64,000 nucleotides of DNA from an uncultured delta proteobacterium (lineage in GTDB: Bacteria; Myxococcota_A; Polyangia; Polyangiales; Polyangiaceae): positions 576,001 through 640,000 of the forward strand of contig CAVOKF010000005.1 of NCBI GenBank assembly GCA_963696385.1. Reading direction: 5' to 3'. The notes under the pieces are model-generated. The model did no database searches, was not told the DNA's origin, and saw only the letters and a list, made by a program, of their open reading frames with translations. How positions within the stretch are numbered: position 1 is the stretch's first letter; each line of letters begins with the position of its first letter. Shown here piece by piece: positions 29,601 to 38,000 of this stretch. The position numbers and the translations under genes were made by a program.

Positions 29601-31428
29601 CGACGGCCACGAAGCGATCGCCGTGCTCAAAGGCCGTTCCGCGGGGCACGATACACTCGACGTCGAAACGAAGTGGCAAGCCCCGATCGCCCCATTCATC
29701 GAAGGCGCGGCCGCACCGCCGTGGAGCGCGTCGGCGAAAGCGCACTTTTCTGGATTCCCGCTGCAAACCGTTGCCTTCCTGGACGACAAGGGGGTGTCGG
29801 GGCAACTCGACGGAGATTGCACCATCGACAGCTTGCATCAGGACGCTCGAGCGTTCGCAACACTCGCTATCGACCGCCTCAAAGTGGCAACGATCCCCTA
29901 CAAATCGGGACGCATTCAGCTCGCGGCGGGCGGTCGCCAGCTCGACGCCGTGATCCACGTCGACCAAACCGACGGCTTCGCCGACGCAAAGGCGCACGGC
30001 GCGATCGACTGGGGCACGAAGGTCGCGCCCGCTCTCGATCCTTCAAAGCCTCTCGATGTGAGCCTGTCGTCCAAGAATTTTCGAATCGCGGCCCTCTTGC
30101 CTTTCGTCGAATCCGCGCTCGCCGAGCTCGATGGGCGCCTCGATGGCGATGCTCGCGTCGCGCTCGACCCGAAGACTCGTGGCGCCGCGCTTTCGGGCTC
30201 GCTCGCGCTCCGCGAAGGCAAGCTCGAAGCGGTGGCGGGCGGTGGCGAATTCCACGATATCTCGGCAAATGTTCGCTTCTCCCCCGATGGAACGATCACG
30301 CTCGACAAGCTTAAGGCTTCCGGGGTTACTGGCGCTTTCCAAGCGACGGCGTCGGCCCGCATGGCGGGAACGAACCTGCAGTCCGCGAAGGGCGCGATTG
30401 TGATCCCCAGCCGTTCGGCGATTCCGCTCAATGTGGGCGGCACCGACATCGGCACGATCGACGGACGGTTTGAAATCAGCGAATCCGCGGTGGACGGCCA
30501 AAATAGCGCGATGAGCGTTCGCGTGAACGTGCCCCAGTTGCGCGTCGTGCTTCCCGACAGCTCCCCGACCACTGCGCTTTCTCTCGGGCCGATGGACGGC
30601 GCCATTCGCATCGGCGCGCACCAAGGGCATCCAGCCACGTTCGTCCTGGTTCCCATCGACCCGATAGAAGGGTCCGATGAGCCCAAGCAAGCCCCGTCGT
30701 CGTCCCTGGCGATCGCGACGGACCTGGGCGACGTGCGCGTGGTCCGGGGGACCGACATCCAGATCGATCTCGACGGTCGCTTGAACGTCAAGACCGGAGC
30801 GACGACCGATGTGGAGGGGCAGATTCACCTAAAAAAGGGTGGCATGATCTCGGTCCAGGGCCGCAACTTTTCGGTCGAGAACGGCACCGTCACGATGGTT
30901 TCGGACCCCTCCAACCCCGAGGTCGTCGTCAAGGCCGGGTGGACGGCTCCGGACGGGACGATCGTGTACGCCAACTTCGTGGGGCCGCTCAGAACGGGCA
31001 AGGTCACATTGACCTCCGAGCCGACCTTGCCTCAGCAGGAAATCGTCGAACTTTTGATGTTCGGAACGGCGACTGGGCAGCAAGTGCAATCGCCTTCCGC
31101 CGATCCGACCACGAGCGCGATCGCTACGGCTGGCGGAGAGGCGGCACAGCCGCTCAACCACATGCTCAATCAGCTTGGGTTGGGTGCCGTGTCCGCAAAC
31201 GTCGACACGTCGCAAGCGGAAACTCCGAAGCCCGAAGTCGAAGTCCAAATCGCCCGGGACATTTCGGTCCAGATTGCCGTTGTCCTGGGCCAACCGCCGC
31301 CGGGGGTGAATCCCGACCACACCCTTCTTACGCTGGCTTGGCGCTTTCTCTCGAAGTGGTCGCTCGCGTCGACGCTGGGCGATGCCGGAACTACGATTTT
31401 CGACCTGCTTTGGCAGACGCGATACTGA
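26686..31428 (+). CDS. tamB: Translocation/assembly module TamB-like protein
   Basis: 1580 aa, N-terminal TM anchor, beta-rich repeats, DUF490-like C-terminus (LTSEPTLPQQEIVELLMFG ... DLLWQTRY); translationally coupled to the tamA-like gene. Confidence 0.85.
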   Translation: MSTPAVLRPVDSGACPAADRHPNRVSPIRVLRWLGAFIGAAVLFALSAGVGLITQLDTPCVRKVVAAEVNGVLGPLFKGRVHVDRLGALGVLGLAGMDVTVDDPTGRPVLVARGVRGTVATFAAVRSAWLDTKHPLTIDLKEVGVDELDVRLDTDSRGELDLLDAFASKTPSTAANPNARGLRLVVGALAVRHARAHGQMAGAPSLDIAMDDFAGTLTYAPDVLQGDVSRATLAARRLAMGADVTGTLHGHVREPSDPKAKMDAWVDWQGLVAGMPHGIHATLTQDKLDATVDISRIDPESIRVLWAASPIDRSGTIHAEVHGMLPNVDATLIAALGAARLTAKARTSIGDEKRAQVSFEVADIDVHEFAASAPKSRLGLDGFARGAAKSDGTFDMDLGVRFRSGSLGAYDAPPVSITATARRTNPDTLAAHADVVVDEPAAPTRLALAASAKDSSSVLDFDLTSDVPDLDRLPQLKHLLRGAVSVRANGELDLGRSIVDGVVHARAAKIIQGATRVDRAVLDAGLRGAVADPRIDLALLAQGVAIAGRHLGRADVTVTGHVRAPHVTASVRGQDVPDVDASADLALRSGVSVRAPRIALSRSGERALVTAHDVSIDGSDIRVQGARIEGIGHPVAATFSMSPQRVRVQATATEGIDLARVGRLVHVEKTLRSGTLAFDADVTARTDGARGRASFTLSRAAIASVNDAAVHLELELEGRRVTGKAHAQAARVGSVDIDARNVAFAGAGPLTRSSWKEVSGWFGIEGRVDLAEAAALIPSQDVPLEAHGEVTFKAHGARDPGGAWTPDVGISVTTTNLQLAPGTSKERAIDGVLVLPAPRWHLQGVDFKADATLEGHTGVLELSTQARDRTGVLADLQVRSASFPYEDAFLRTGRLSTDLHDTPFDLRWVVPERGLGTWPDWVKQDIVDGRLQASVAFHGTILAPTLDLAATLKGSRFSSRAAPIDFDVHAHYDGHEAIAVLKGRSAGHDTLDVETKWQAPIAPFIEGAAAPPWSASAKAHFSGFPLQTVAFLDDKGVSGQLDGDCTIDSLHQDARAFATLAIDRLKVATIPYKSGRIQLAAGGRQLDAVIHVDQTDGFADAKAHGAIDWGTKVAPALDPSKPLDVSLSSKNFRIAALLPFVESALAELDGRLDGDARVALDPKTRGAALSGSLALREGKLEAVAGGGEFHDISANVRFSPDGTITLDKLKASGVTGAFQATASARMAGTNLQSAKGAIVIPSRSAIPLNVGGTDIGTIDGRFEISESAVDGQNSAMSVRVNVPQLRVVLPDSSPTTALSLGPMDGAIRIGAHQGHPATFVLVPIDPIEGSDEPKQAPSSSLAIATDLGDVRVVRGTDIQIDLDGRLNVKTGATTDVEGQIHLKKGGMISVQGRNFSVENGTVTMVSDPSNPEVVVKAGWTAPDGTIVYANFVGPLRTGKVTLTSEPTLPQQEIVELLMFGTATGQQVQSPSADPTTSAIATAGGEAAQPLNHMLNQLGLGAVSANVDTSQAETPKPEVEVQIARDISVQIAVVLGQPPPGVNPDHTLLTLAWRFLSKWSLASTLGDAGTTIFDLLWQTRY

Positions 31429-31588
31429 GCGCATGTGAGCCTCGGAAGAAGTGCCAGTCGGCGCGACGACGACGGTGGCGCTCGTTTCGGCGCTGCGCGA
31501 TCGACGCGGGAGCCCGCGCCCCCGCGCTTCAGCCCTCGGTTCGGCCTTGGCATCGCCCCCGACGAGAACCCGGCATCCAACCGTTAGG

Positions 31589-32857
31589 TCAGAAGATCTC
31601 GCCGGCCGTCACATAGGCACCGATAGGCACGGCGTCCGGTGACCAGGCGAGATCCGCCCGGAGCACGAATGCGGTCCCCGAGGTGAGACGAAGGCCTGCG
31701 CCCACGCCGTATTTCACCCCTACGGCGGTTCCGTCGAGTTCGGGATGCGGGCTCGTGTCTGCCCAGACGCGCCCGCCGTCCAAGAAGGCTGCGAAGCCGA
31801 GCGACATAAGCTTGGACAAGGCGTGGAAGTCGAAAACGCGCGCTCGGGCCTCGATGTTACCGATGACCTTCACTTTCCCGTAGTACCGCTGAGCCGGAAC
31901 TCCGCGGATCTCGCCGCCGAAATAGGTGTCTTCGAACCGGGGCAGTTCCGCGAAGGGGGGGCTGCCGAAAAGGACGTCACCGATGACGCGTCCTGCCAGG
32001 GTCACGCGCGACGCGATCGGCACGTACCCCCGAAGGTTGAGACTCGCTTCGCCATAACGGAAGGGCAGGATCCCATTGCCACCGGGGCTCCACTTGAATT
32101 TGACCTCGTCGAACGTGCCCGAATGCGGAGTCACCTCACTGTCGCGAGTATCGACCTGCAGCCCGTAAATGAACAAGCCTACAAGGTTTGGAGCGGTCGA
32201 ACCGATGAGCCTTCGGACCTCGGCGCTGCCGCTCCGCAAAGCCTGCGCCAGGCTCGCGCCCGCGGGAATATCGAGCCAGCTGCCGGTATAACGAAAGCCG
32301 CTGATCGCGCCGATGTGGTCGCGGATCGCGAATCTCAGGTCGGCGAGAAAAGACGGATGAATGCGCCCGTATTCGAAATACGTCGTTGATTGTCCTGCAG
32401 GAGGGAGGACGCTCGAGGCGTTGCCCATGCCGTAGTAGGTGAGGGTTTGCTCGTCCGTAAACGACGGACGGACCTCCAGTTCGATCGGACGTCCCAGAAA
32501 ACGTGGCACAGTGAGCTTGCCGTAGGCATCGATATACGGCACATCGACGCTGCCGTTCTTGAGACCGAAAGAGATGAGACCGGCGCTTTCGAGGTTCCAG
32601 ACGTAGGGGATGTACCGGTTTTCAATTCGTGTCAAAGCGGTGAAGTAGCCGACCGCAACGCCGATATCCGTGCTGCCTCCAGCCGCGGGGACGAGCGTCA
32701 CTTCGTCCTTGGAGTCGGATGGAGGCAACTTCGTTGCTGCCGTTGACGGCTTCTCGCTCGAGTTGAGCAGGTTCTGGCCCCGTGCGGATGCCTGGACGGT
32801 CAGCGATGCCGCAACGAGCAAGCTTGCCACACAGCGTGCCCCACTCGAGCGGTTCAC
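31589..32857 (-). CDS. Omp85/BamA-family barrel without POTRA domains
   Basis: Signal peptide; DTRDSEVTPHSG, IRGVPAQRYYG, FLDGGRVW, GVGAGLR, C-terminal GEIF. Confidence 0.85.
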   Translation of the reverse strand: MNRSSGARCVASLLVAASLTVQASARGQNLLNSSEKPSTAATKLPPSDSKDEVTLVPAAGGSTDIGVAVGYFTALTRIENRYIPYVWNLESAGLISFGLKNGSVDVPYIDAYGKLTVPRFLGRPIELEVRPSFTDEQTLTYYGMGNASSVLPPAGQSTTYFEYGRIHPSFLADLRFAIRDHIGAISGFRYTGSWLDIPAGASLAQALRSGSAEVRRLIGSTAPNLVGLFIYGLQVDTRDSEVTPHSGTFDEVKFKWSPGGNGILPFRYGEASLNLRGYVPIASRVTLAGRVIGDVLFGSPPFAELPRFEDTYFGGEIRGVPAQRYYGKVKVIGNIEARARVFDFHALSKLMSLGFAAFLDGGRVWADTSPHPELDGTAVGVKYGVGAGLRLTSGTAFVLRADLAWSPDAVPIGAYVTAGEIF

Positions 32858-32913
32858 ACGCTACCGCTTCACGAGGCCCCTGAGATCGTGGGCTGACACG
32901 CTCCGAGGCTGCG

Positions 32914-33309
32914 TCACCGGCCCACTTCGTAGTGGAGCGGATCGTTGCCGGCTTTCCTGGCCCCTTCGTGGGTCAAGTGGGTGTCGGTTTCCCGAAGGTG
33001 AGAGGTGACATGGTTCTGAGCGCTGCTGACGACGGTTCCGATCCGCTCGCGCAGGGGGCGCCCCTGAGGCCCGAAAAGGACCGCTGCGCCTCCCGCAGCG
33101 GCCGCGCCCGCGGCAAACCAGAGGACCGATGAGAGAGGGCTCGGCGCGCGGCGCCTCCGGAGGCCGCGCAGAAGCGAACCATAAGACTCGCGCTCTCTCA
33201 GGTCGTTCATGAGACGAAGCATTTGCGTCCCCAGTTCGACCAGCGAACCGCGAGCCATCTTCGCCGCGCTTTTGGCGCGGTCGGCCATGTGTTCCGTGGT
33301 TGACGACAT
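32914..33309 (-). CDS. Hypothetical single-TM protein (YtxH-like)
   Basis: FAAGAAAAGGAAVLFGPQGRPLRERI resembles YtxH-type stress proteins; SD-like GAAAGGA upstream. Confidence 0.65.
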   Translation of the reverse strand: MSSTTEHMADRAKSAAKMARGSLVELGTQMLRLMNDLRERESYGSLLRGLRRRRAPSPLSSVLWFAAGAAAAGGAAVLFGPQGRPLRERIGTVVSSAQNHVTSHLRETDTHLTHEGARKAGNDPLHYEVGR

Positions 33310-33412
33310 AGAGCTCATCGAAAATGTCCTTTCAGGGTTGTCGGCGCGCGGGATCAGCCCCTGCGCGGGGTCGAGATCTTCACGAGGTGCGTCTCTTCAC
33401 CCCAACCGGTGT

Positions 33413-33428
33413 TGCAACCCGCGATCCA
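33413..33428 (-). promoter_or_regulatory. sigma54-like -24/-12 motif
   Basis: TGGATCGCGGGTTGCA. Confidence 0.55.
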
Positions 33429-33557
33429 GCTGGCGTCATGAAGCATCGCGGCGCGCCCGCCCGGACCCTTCGCCATAGGCAATGCCCATGCCCTCGCAAT
33501 CGCTCGCCGCGTGGTCACAAAGGCCCGACCGCCGGCAGCCACTTCCTCAGGCGGGCG

Positions 33558-33911
33558 TTAGCGTTCCCGAGGGCGCTCCTCGGTCGCCGCCTGAATCCAG
33601 TCGGCCTCCCCCCAACGGGCGTCCAACACCTCGCCCAGGTACGAGCGCCCGAGCTCGATGGCCGCATACGACGCCGCACTCGCGAGAACGGTGCGCAAGA
33701 TTCGGGAGCTCAGAAACACGCCCGCTGCTGCTCCGACGCCGAACGCAATGCCGAGCACGGCGTAAGGGCTCTGCTTGATCTCCTCGTCGAGAGTGGAGGG
33801 CAGTCGAGCGACTGCGGCTTTGGCGCGGCGCGCAAACGCGCGGCTGTCGATGCGTGCGCGGCCGTTTGAATGCGGATCCTTCGGTTGGTGGTCTGCCTGT
33901 GCGGTATTCAT
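33558..33911 (-). CDS. Hypothetical protein, DUF883/ElaB-like tail
   Basis: IKQSPYAVLGIAFGVGAAAGVFL resembles the ElaB/YqjD anchor motif. Confidence 0.7.
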   Translation of the reverse strand: MNTAQADHQPKDPHSNGRARIDSRAFARRAKAAVARLPSTLDEEIKQSPYAVLGIAFGVGAAAGVFLSSRILRTVLASAASYAAIELGRSYLGEVLDARWGEADWIQAATEERPRER

Positions 33912-33923
33912 GCGCGGACAGCG

Positions 33924-33939
33924 AGCAAACCCCGTGCCG
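33924..33939 (-). promoter_or_regulatory. sigma54-like -24/-12 motif, near consensus
   Basis: CGGCACGGGGTTTGCT; ATG 14 nt after the -12 C. Confidence 0.65.
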
Positions 33940-33975
33940 CAAGGAGAGTCTAACGGTACCGCCGCTTCGAGCGCT

Positions 33976-34254
33976 TCAGGCTCTGGGTTGGCGGACCTGC
34001 CGATTCCATACCGCGTGGCTGAGCAGAAGCGCGACGATCGCGCCGAGCGCAGCAAAGGGCAGGCGCGTCGCACCAACCTGGGGGCGAGGCAGGAACGCAC
34101 CACTCAGCAGACCCACGCCTAGGGCGCCGAAGACAGCCACGACGACATTCAGGAAAACGCCAACCAAGCCCCGGCGAAACGGCCATATCATCCCGCCGAG
34201 GCTGGCGGCGACACCCATCGCTGTCCAGGCCAGAATGTCGTCTGTAGAGACCAT
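33976..34254 (-). CDS. Small membrane protein, GlsB/YeaQ/YmgE-like
   Basis: SD GGAGGA; three TM segments; ILAW...G..AS, NVVVAVFGAL, AALGAIVALL pattern. Confidence 0.7.
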   Translation of the reverse strand: MVSTDDILAWTAMGVAASLGGMIWPFRRGLVGVFLNVVVAVFGALGVGLLSGAFLPRPQVGATRLPFAALGAIVALLLSHAVWNRQVRQPRA

Positions 34255-34267
34255 CGCTCCTCCATGG

Positions 34268-34410
34268 CTAGCGGACACAGGCCTTCGCGGAATCGCAAGG
34301 ACAAAGCGCTTTCGCTCATTCGCCCATACGATGACTTCGTATGGGCTCCCTTCTTCATGGCGTATCGCGCGCCCAGCGCAGCCCGGGTACCGTTCAACGG
34401 GGCGCTGTAC
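34268..34410. mobile_element. Partial or degenerate copy of the MITE-like element
   Basis: Right end CCCAGCGCAGCCCGGGTACCGTTCAACGGGGCGCTGTAC matches 5331-5368 and abuts TTA; internal hairpin GCCCATACGA-TGACT-TCGTATGGGC; left end unclear. Confidence 0.55.
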
Positions 34411-34575
34411 TTAGACGAGCGTTCGCCGCCCGACGAGGAGCGAAACGGCCGTAAGGATCAGGAACACGACGAAGAGGACTTTCGCGATGCTTGCAGCTCC
34501 CGCGGCGAGTCCTCCGAAACCGAGAATCGCGGCAACGATCGCGATGACGAAAAACACAGCAGCCCAGTACAACAT
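34411..34575 (-). CDS. DUF1328 (UPF0391) small membrane protein
   Basis: [39 protein letters not shown], the canonical signature. Confidence 0.95.
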   Translation of the reverse strand: MLYWAAVFFVIAIVAAILGFGGLAAGAASIAKVLFVVFLILTAVSLLVGRRTLV

Positions 34576-34612
34576 GGTAGGGTCTTCCTTTCCTGAACTC
34601 GAAGACGGCACC

Positions 34613-34628
34613 TGCAGCACCCATGCCG
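34613..34628 (-). promoter_or_regulatory. sigma54-like -24/-12 motif
   Basis: CGGCATGGGTGCTGCA. Confidence 0.55.
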
Positions 34629-34736
34629 CAGCCATTCGCTTCGACGGTTTGCCGACTGACGCGCAAAGAAGCGGACCATGGCGCCCGGTCGAGTCGTCGC
34701 GAGCCATCGCTCGCGGCAGCGGGCGCCGGACGAGGG

Positions 34737-34988
34737 CTAGGCCACGGTTGACTTGGCTTTCTTCGCGGTCTTTGTGCCGCGCTTAGTCGCCGCTTTTCGT
34801 GGCACCTTGTCGCCTTCTTGACGCGCTTCCGCGAGACCGATTGCAACGGCCTGTTCGCGGCGGGTCACGCGTTTGCCCGGACGGCCGGACCGCAACGTTC
34901 CCTCTTTGAGCTCGTGCATGGCGTTTTCGACCTTGGCCGACGCGCGAGGTCCGTATGGCCGCGATTTTTTCACCTTGGATGCAGGCAT
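34737..34988 (-). CDS. DUF6496-like small basic protein
   Basis: [48 protein letters not shown]. Confidence 0.9.
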   Translation of the reverse strand: MPASKVKKSRPYGPRASAKVENAMHELKEGTLRSGRPGKRVTRREQAVAIGLAEARQEGDKVPRKAATKRGTKTAKKAKSTVA

Positions 34989-35024
34989 AGGAGTCTCCTT
35001 TTGATGCGTAGTCTTATCCAACAC

Positions 35025-35123
35025 AGCACGCAGCATGCCGCTGTGGCCCTTCGCGGGCCCTTCAACCAGCGTGTGCGTCTCATGTCCTGTGTCGAGCCGC
35101 AGGCAAGCGGCACCTTCGTTGCA
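35025..35123. promoter_or_regulatory. Divergent pair of sigma54-like motifs
   Basis: Minus strand CGGCATGCTGCGTGCT (35025-35040); plus strand CGGCACCTTCGTTGCA (35108-35123). Confidence 0.6.
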
Positions 35124-35240
35124 ACCAAGATCGTCGACGGCGAGATCGGTCGAACGCGATTCGACCAATCGGCCACACCGCTGGGGCTCGGCTGCGCGCG
35201 AGACGGCGCGGCCGAAGAGGACGAGCGAAAGGCGAGGCCC

Positions 35241-35645
35241 ATGATCGATGACATCGAAGGCAAGGCGGAAGCGGCATCTCCCAACGAAGAGCGCACCGCA
35301 CATCTGATTCGTGTGGCGCTCGACGAGACACGCGAGCTCGTGCAGCTCGAAGTGGCACTGGCACGCGAGGAATTTCGCGAAGAGGTCGCTCAGGCAAAAA
35401 TGGGGGGGATCGCCTTGGGACTGGCGGCGATGGCCGGGGTCTCGGCGTTCGCGATGTTTATGGTCACCGTCGCGCTTGCATTCGTAGTCACCTGGCTCGC
35501 CGCGTGCCTTATGGGCGGTATCCTTCTGCTGCTTTCCCTCACCGCCGGCATCCTGGGCTGGAGGGCGCTGCCGAAGCGGCCGTTGGGCGCAACTCGAGCC
35601 CGGCTCGAGTCTGGCTACAAACAGCTCAAGGAGCGCCTCGCATGA
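35241..35645 (+). CDS. Phage holin family (DUF1469-type) membrane protein
   Basis: LVQLEVALAREE, two TM segments, C-terminal P...TR.RL. Confidence 0.85.
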   Translation: MIDDIEGKAEAASPNEERTAHLIRVALDETRELVQLEVALAREEFREEVAQAKMGGIALGLAAMAGVSAFAMFMVTVALAFVVTWLAACLMGGILLLLSLTAGILGWRALPKRPLGATRARLESGYKQLKERLA

Positions 35646-36100
35646 ATGACCGATCCCGCGAGGACATCGCCCGGGAGGCGAATCGGGTCCGCGCGAAGCT
35701 CCTTTACACCGTCGAGCAGCTCGACAGGCGGCGACACAACGCACTCGACATCGGCCGCCGAATTGGCTCTCACATGGTTCCAATCGCGATCGCCAGCGGG
35801 CTCGTCGCCGTTGCCATGGTCGCGACCGTTGGAGTCGCCGCCCATCGCATCGCCACGGCACGTGCGCGCCGCCGCCGTGATCGATGGCAGCGGATCGTGA
35901 GCCTCTGGAACCATCCCGGTCGGGGACTCCAATCGCAACGACCCTCGTTTTGGTCCGAGGCGCTTCGCTCCATGGGGCTTAGCCTCGTCCAGTGGGTCGT
36001 CTCGGTGCCGGTTCGCCGGTGGGTCATCCATGGGGTCGAGTCCCCCAAGGCCCTCGCCATGCCTTCGCCCAACCGGCCGACTGCTGGGCCTGAGGCATGA
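35642..36100 (+). CDS. Hypothetical protein, DUF3618-like N-terminus
   Basis: EDIAREANRVRAKLLYTVEQL plus a TM segment; ATGA overlap with the holin-family gene, a usual pairing. Confidence 0.75.
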   Translation: MNDRSREDIAREANRVRAKLLYTVEQLDRRRHNALDIGRRIGSHMVPIAIASGLVAVAMVATVGVAAHRIATARARRRRDRWQRIVSLWNHPGRGLQSQRPSFWSEALRSMGLSLVQWVVSVPVRRWVIHGVESPKALAMPSPNRPTAGPEA

Positions 36101-36290
36101 ACGCGCGAAGCGCCCGCATTCCGGCAACACGCGGCCCCCCACGCGGTCTTGCAGTCACGCCCGCGAGAACATCCGTCGCGCCGCCGTGCTGCCCCGGCCG
36201 GACATACGCGAAGTCGTGAATGGGAGTTTTCGCTGGATGATGCGTTTGAGCGCGAGTTCGTCTTGGGAACCCTCGGCGGGGCCCCCCGGC

Positions 36291-36902
36291 TTACCGCGTT
36301 CCCTGTTGCTCCGGCTCGATCTCCGTCGCGGCCATGGTGTCGAAGGACGTCGCGCGGCTGTGGGCGGTAAGCCTTCGCTCGCCGATCCAGAGCAGTACAA
36401 CGCTGAACGCCATGAGCCCCAGGGCGATGAGCGCCCGGGCGATGACGACCGCGGCCGATACGGTCGGAGCGATCGACGCCTTGGAGGGAGCCGCCAAACC
36501 GATGAACATCGCGAACGCGAACGTGACGAGCGCGAGAGCCGCGCTCGACACCGCGATGGGAAACTCCAAAGCTCCGTGACGCACCGCGTCCGGCGCCCAT
36601 GCCCAACCGCTCGATCGAAGCGCAGCCCGCCAAAAGCTCGTGCGCGAACCGGCCTGGGCGTCCGAATGGATCGCCCCCGGCGTTGCACGAGAGTGTTCCG
36701 GCGACGAGGCTGCGAGCGGTGGCGGGTACGACGACGCCCAGAGCCCCGCGACGGGCGGCGGCGGCCGCGCGACACAACCTTTCGGCGGAGAACGAGGTAC
36801 CGGCGGGCGTCGGGTGGTGACCGGATCACGGTCGGCCACGCCGAGGCGCGAGTCCGTACCGTCGGAAGGATCACGCATCGAATCGAAAAGGGCTTCGTTC
36901 AT
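36291..36902 (-). CDS. Two-TM membrane protein with Pro-rich linker, paralogue of 4754-5137
   Basis: TVSAAVVIARALIALGLMAFSVVLLWIGERRLT vs SVSDAIVIGHALVALGLIAFGVALLGVSERWLT. Confidence 0.7.
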   Translation of the reverse strand: MNEALFDSMRDPSDGTDSRLGVADRDPVTTRRPPVPRSPPKGCVARPPPPVAGLWASSYPPPLAASSPEHSRATPGAIHSDAQAGSRTSFWRAALRSSGWAWAPDAVRHGALEFPIAVSSAALALVTFAFAMFIGLAAPSKASIAPTVSAAVVIARALIALGLMAFSVVLLWIGERRLTAHSRATSFDTMAATEIEPEQQGTR

Positions 36903-36915
36903 GCTCCGAGTCATG

Positions 36916-36931
36916 AGCAATCGGTAGGCCA
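36916..36931 (-). promoter_or_regulatory. sigma54-like -24/-12 motif
   Basis: TGGCCTACCGATTGCT; ATG at 36902 lies 15 nt after the -12 C. Confidence 0.6.
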
Positions 36932-36996
36932 CGCCTGCGCCGTCGGGGCCTACGAACTCCGCCCGTGCCTAGGTCGTCGTTCATCGAGGCAACGAG

Positions 36997-37467
36997 TCAT
37001 TCGGGCCCGCGGGCAGACGGGTCACGGTCAACGAGGTTCCGTCCGGTGGGCACGGTGTCTCCTTCGGGGTCGAAGACGGCCTGCCCGTTGGCTTTCGCGT
37101 ACGCCAACGCGGGGGGCGGCTGCAAAGCCACGCCCTTGTCGTCTTGCCAGGAGCTCGGCGCATAAAAAGGCGTCCCGTCCGAGGCGCGCACCACGACCCA
37201 CGGCGCGTATCGGGCGCCGACCGGTGTTTGAACCCAGCGGCCCAGAAGCCAGTACCAGCGGCCATGGCGCAAGACCCACTCGCCGTCGACCCACGCGTCG
37301 GCTCGGGCCGGCCGTCTCGGAACGACTTCGATTCTTCCTGGCGGAGGACTCGAGGAAATCGCCGTAAGCGACGTCATCGCTTGAGCTGCATAGGGGGGAT
37401 GGGGCAGCGATGCGCCACAGGCCACCAGGGGAGAAGTCAACAAGAGGCCGTTCGCCGTTCGCCGCAC
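36997..37467 (-). CDS. Putative lipoprotein with YXWGXW-like Trp repeat
   Basis: GTG start gives MRRTANGLLLTSPLVAC (lipobox); PPP.R.E.VP, WVDGEW...RWYWLLGRWV. Confidence 0.75.
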   Translation of the reverse strand: MRRTANGLLLTSPLVACGASLPHPPYAAQAMTSLTAISSSPPPGRIEVVPRRPARADAWVDGEWVLRHGRWYWLLGRWVQTPVGARYAPWVVVRASDGTPFYAPSSWQDDKGVALQPPPALAYAKANGQAVFDPEGDTVPTGRNLVDRDPSARGPE

Positions 37468-37479
37468 ACCGATCCCGGA

Positions 37480-37495
37480 AGCACAAAAAAGACCG
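37480..37495 (-). promoter_or_regulatory. sigma54-like -24/-12 motif
   Basis: CGGTCTTTTTTGTGCT; GTG 14 nt after the -12 C. Confidence 0.45.
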
Positions 37496-37707
37496 GCTCG
37501 ATCGCCGCTGAAGCCCAAACGACAGTCGGGCCCACGCTCGCCTCAGCCCAGGGGGGGCCCGGGTGGGTCGGAGCCGTCGCGCGGATGTTCGTTCACGTCG
37601 AGGACGCCGAGCGAGGAGTTCGCCCGCCCACCGCTTCGTGGCCCAGCGGGCGTGTGCAAAGATGCGTCAGGTGTCCATTTTTGCCGCATTCGCCGTGGTT
37701 TCGAGCA

Positions 37708-37914
37708 TCAGCGCAACGATGACCCGCCGAGAGGCATGGAACGGCATATGCGTTCTCTACGGTCGAGGGAATCCTGTGCATAAGGATCCGCCGTCGACGG
37801 ATCGACGTTCGTGTTCGAAGGCATATTGGGTGGGGGCCGGCCGCCGCACGCGATGAGGGCGCACTCGGCGGTGAAGGCCGAGAATTGCGATAGCGCACTT
37901 ATGAGACGGTTCAT
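37708..37914 (-). CDS. Small putative lipoprotein, possibly truncated
   Basis: SD GGAGGG, LIAC lipobox; sigma54-like GGGTATCCACATTGCA at 37943-37958. Confidence 0.45.
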   Translation of the reverse strand: MNRLISALSQFSAFTAECALIACGGRPPPNMPSNTNVDPSTADPYAQDSLDRRERICRSMPLGGSSLR

Positions 37915-38000
37915 GGTACTACCCTCCGTGCCGCCGATCGGTTGCAATGTGGATACCCGCTATCGACCTCACGCCCCGGGTGCGCGAGCAACGCGCAAGA

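Noticed and set aside
35241..35645. Holin-family gene as evidence of a prophage
   Set aside because: There are no phage structural, lysin or integrase genes. This family is common in stress clusters.
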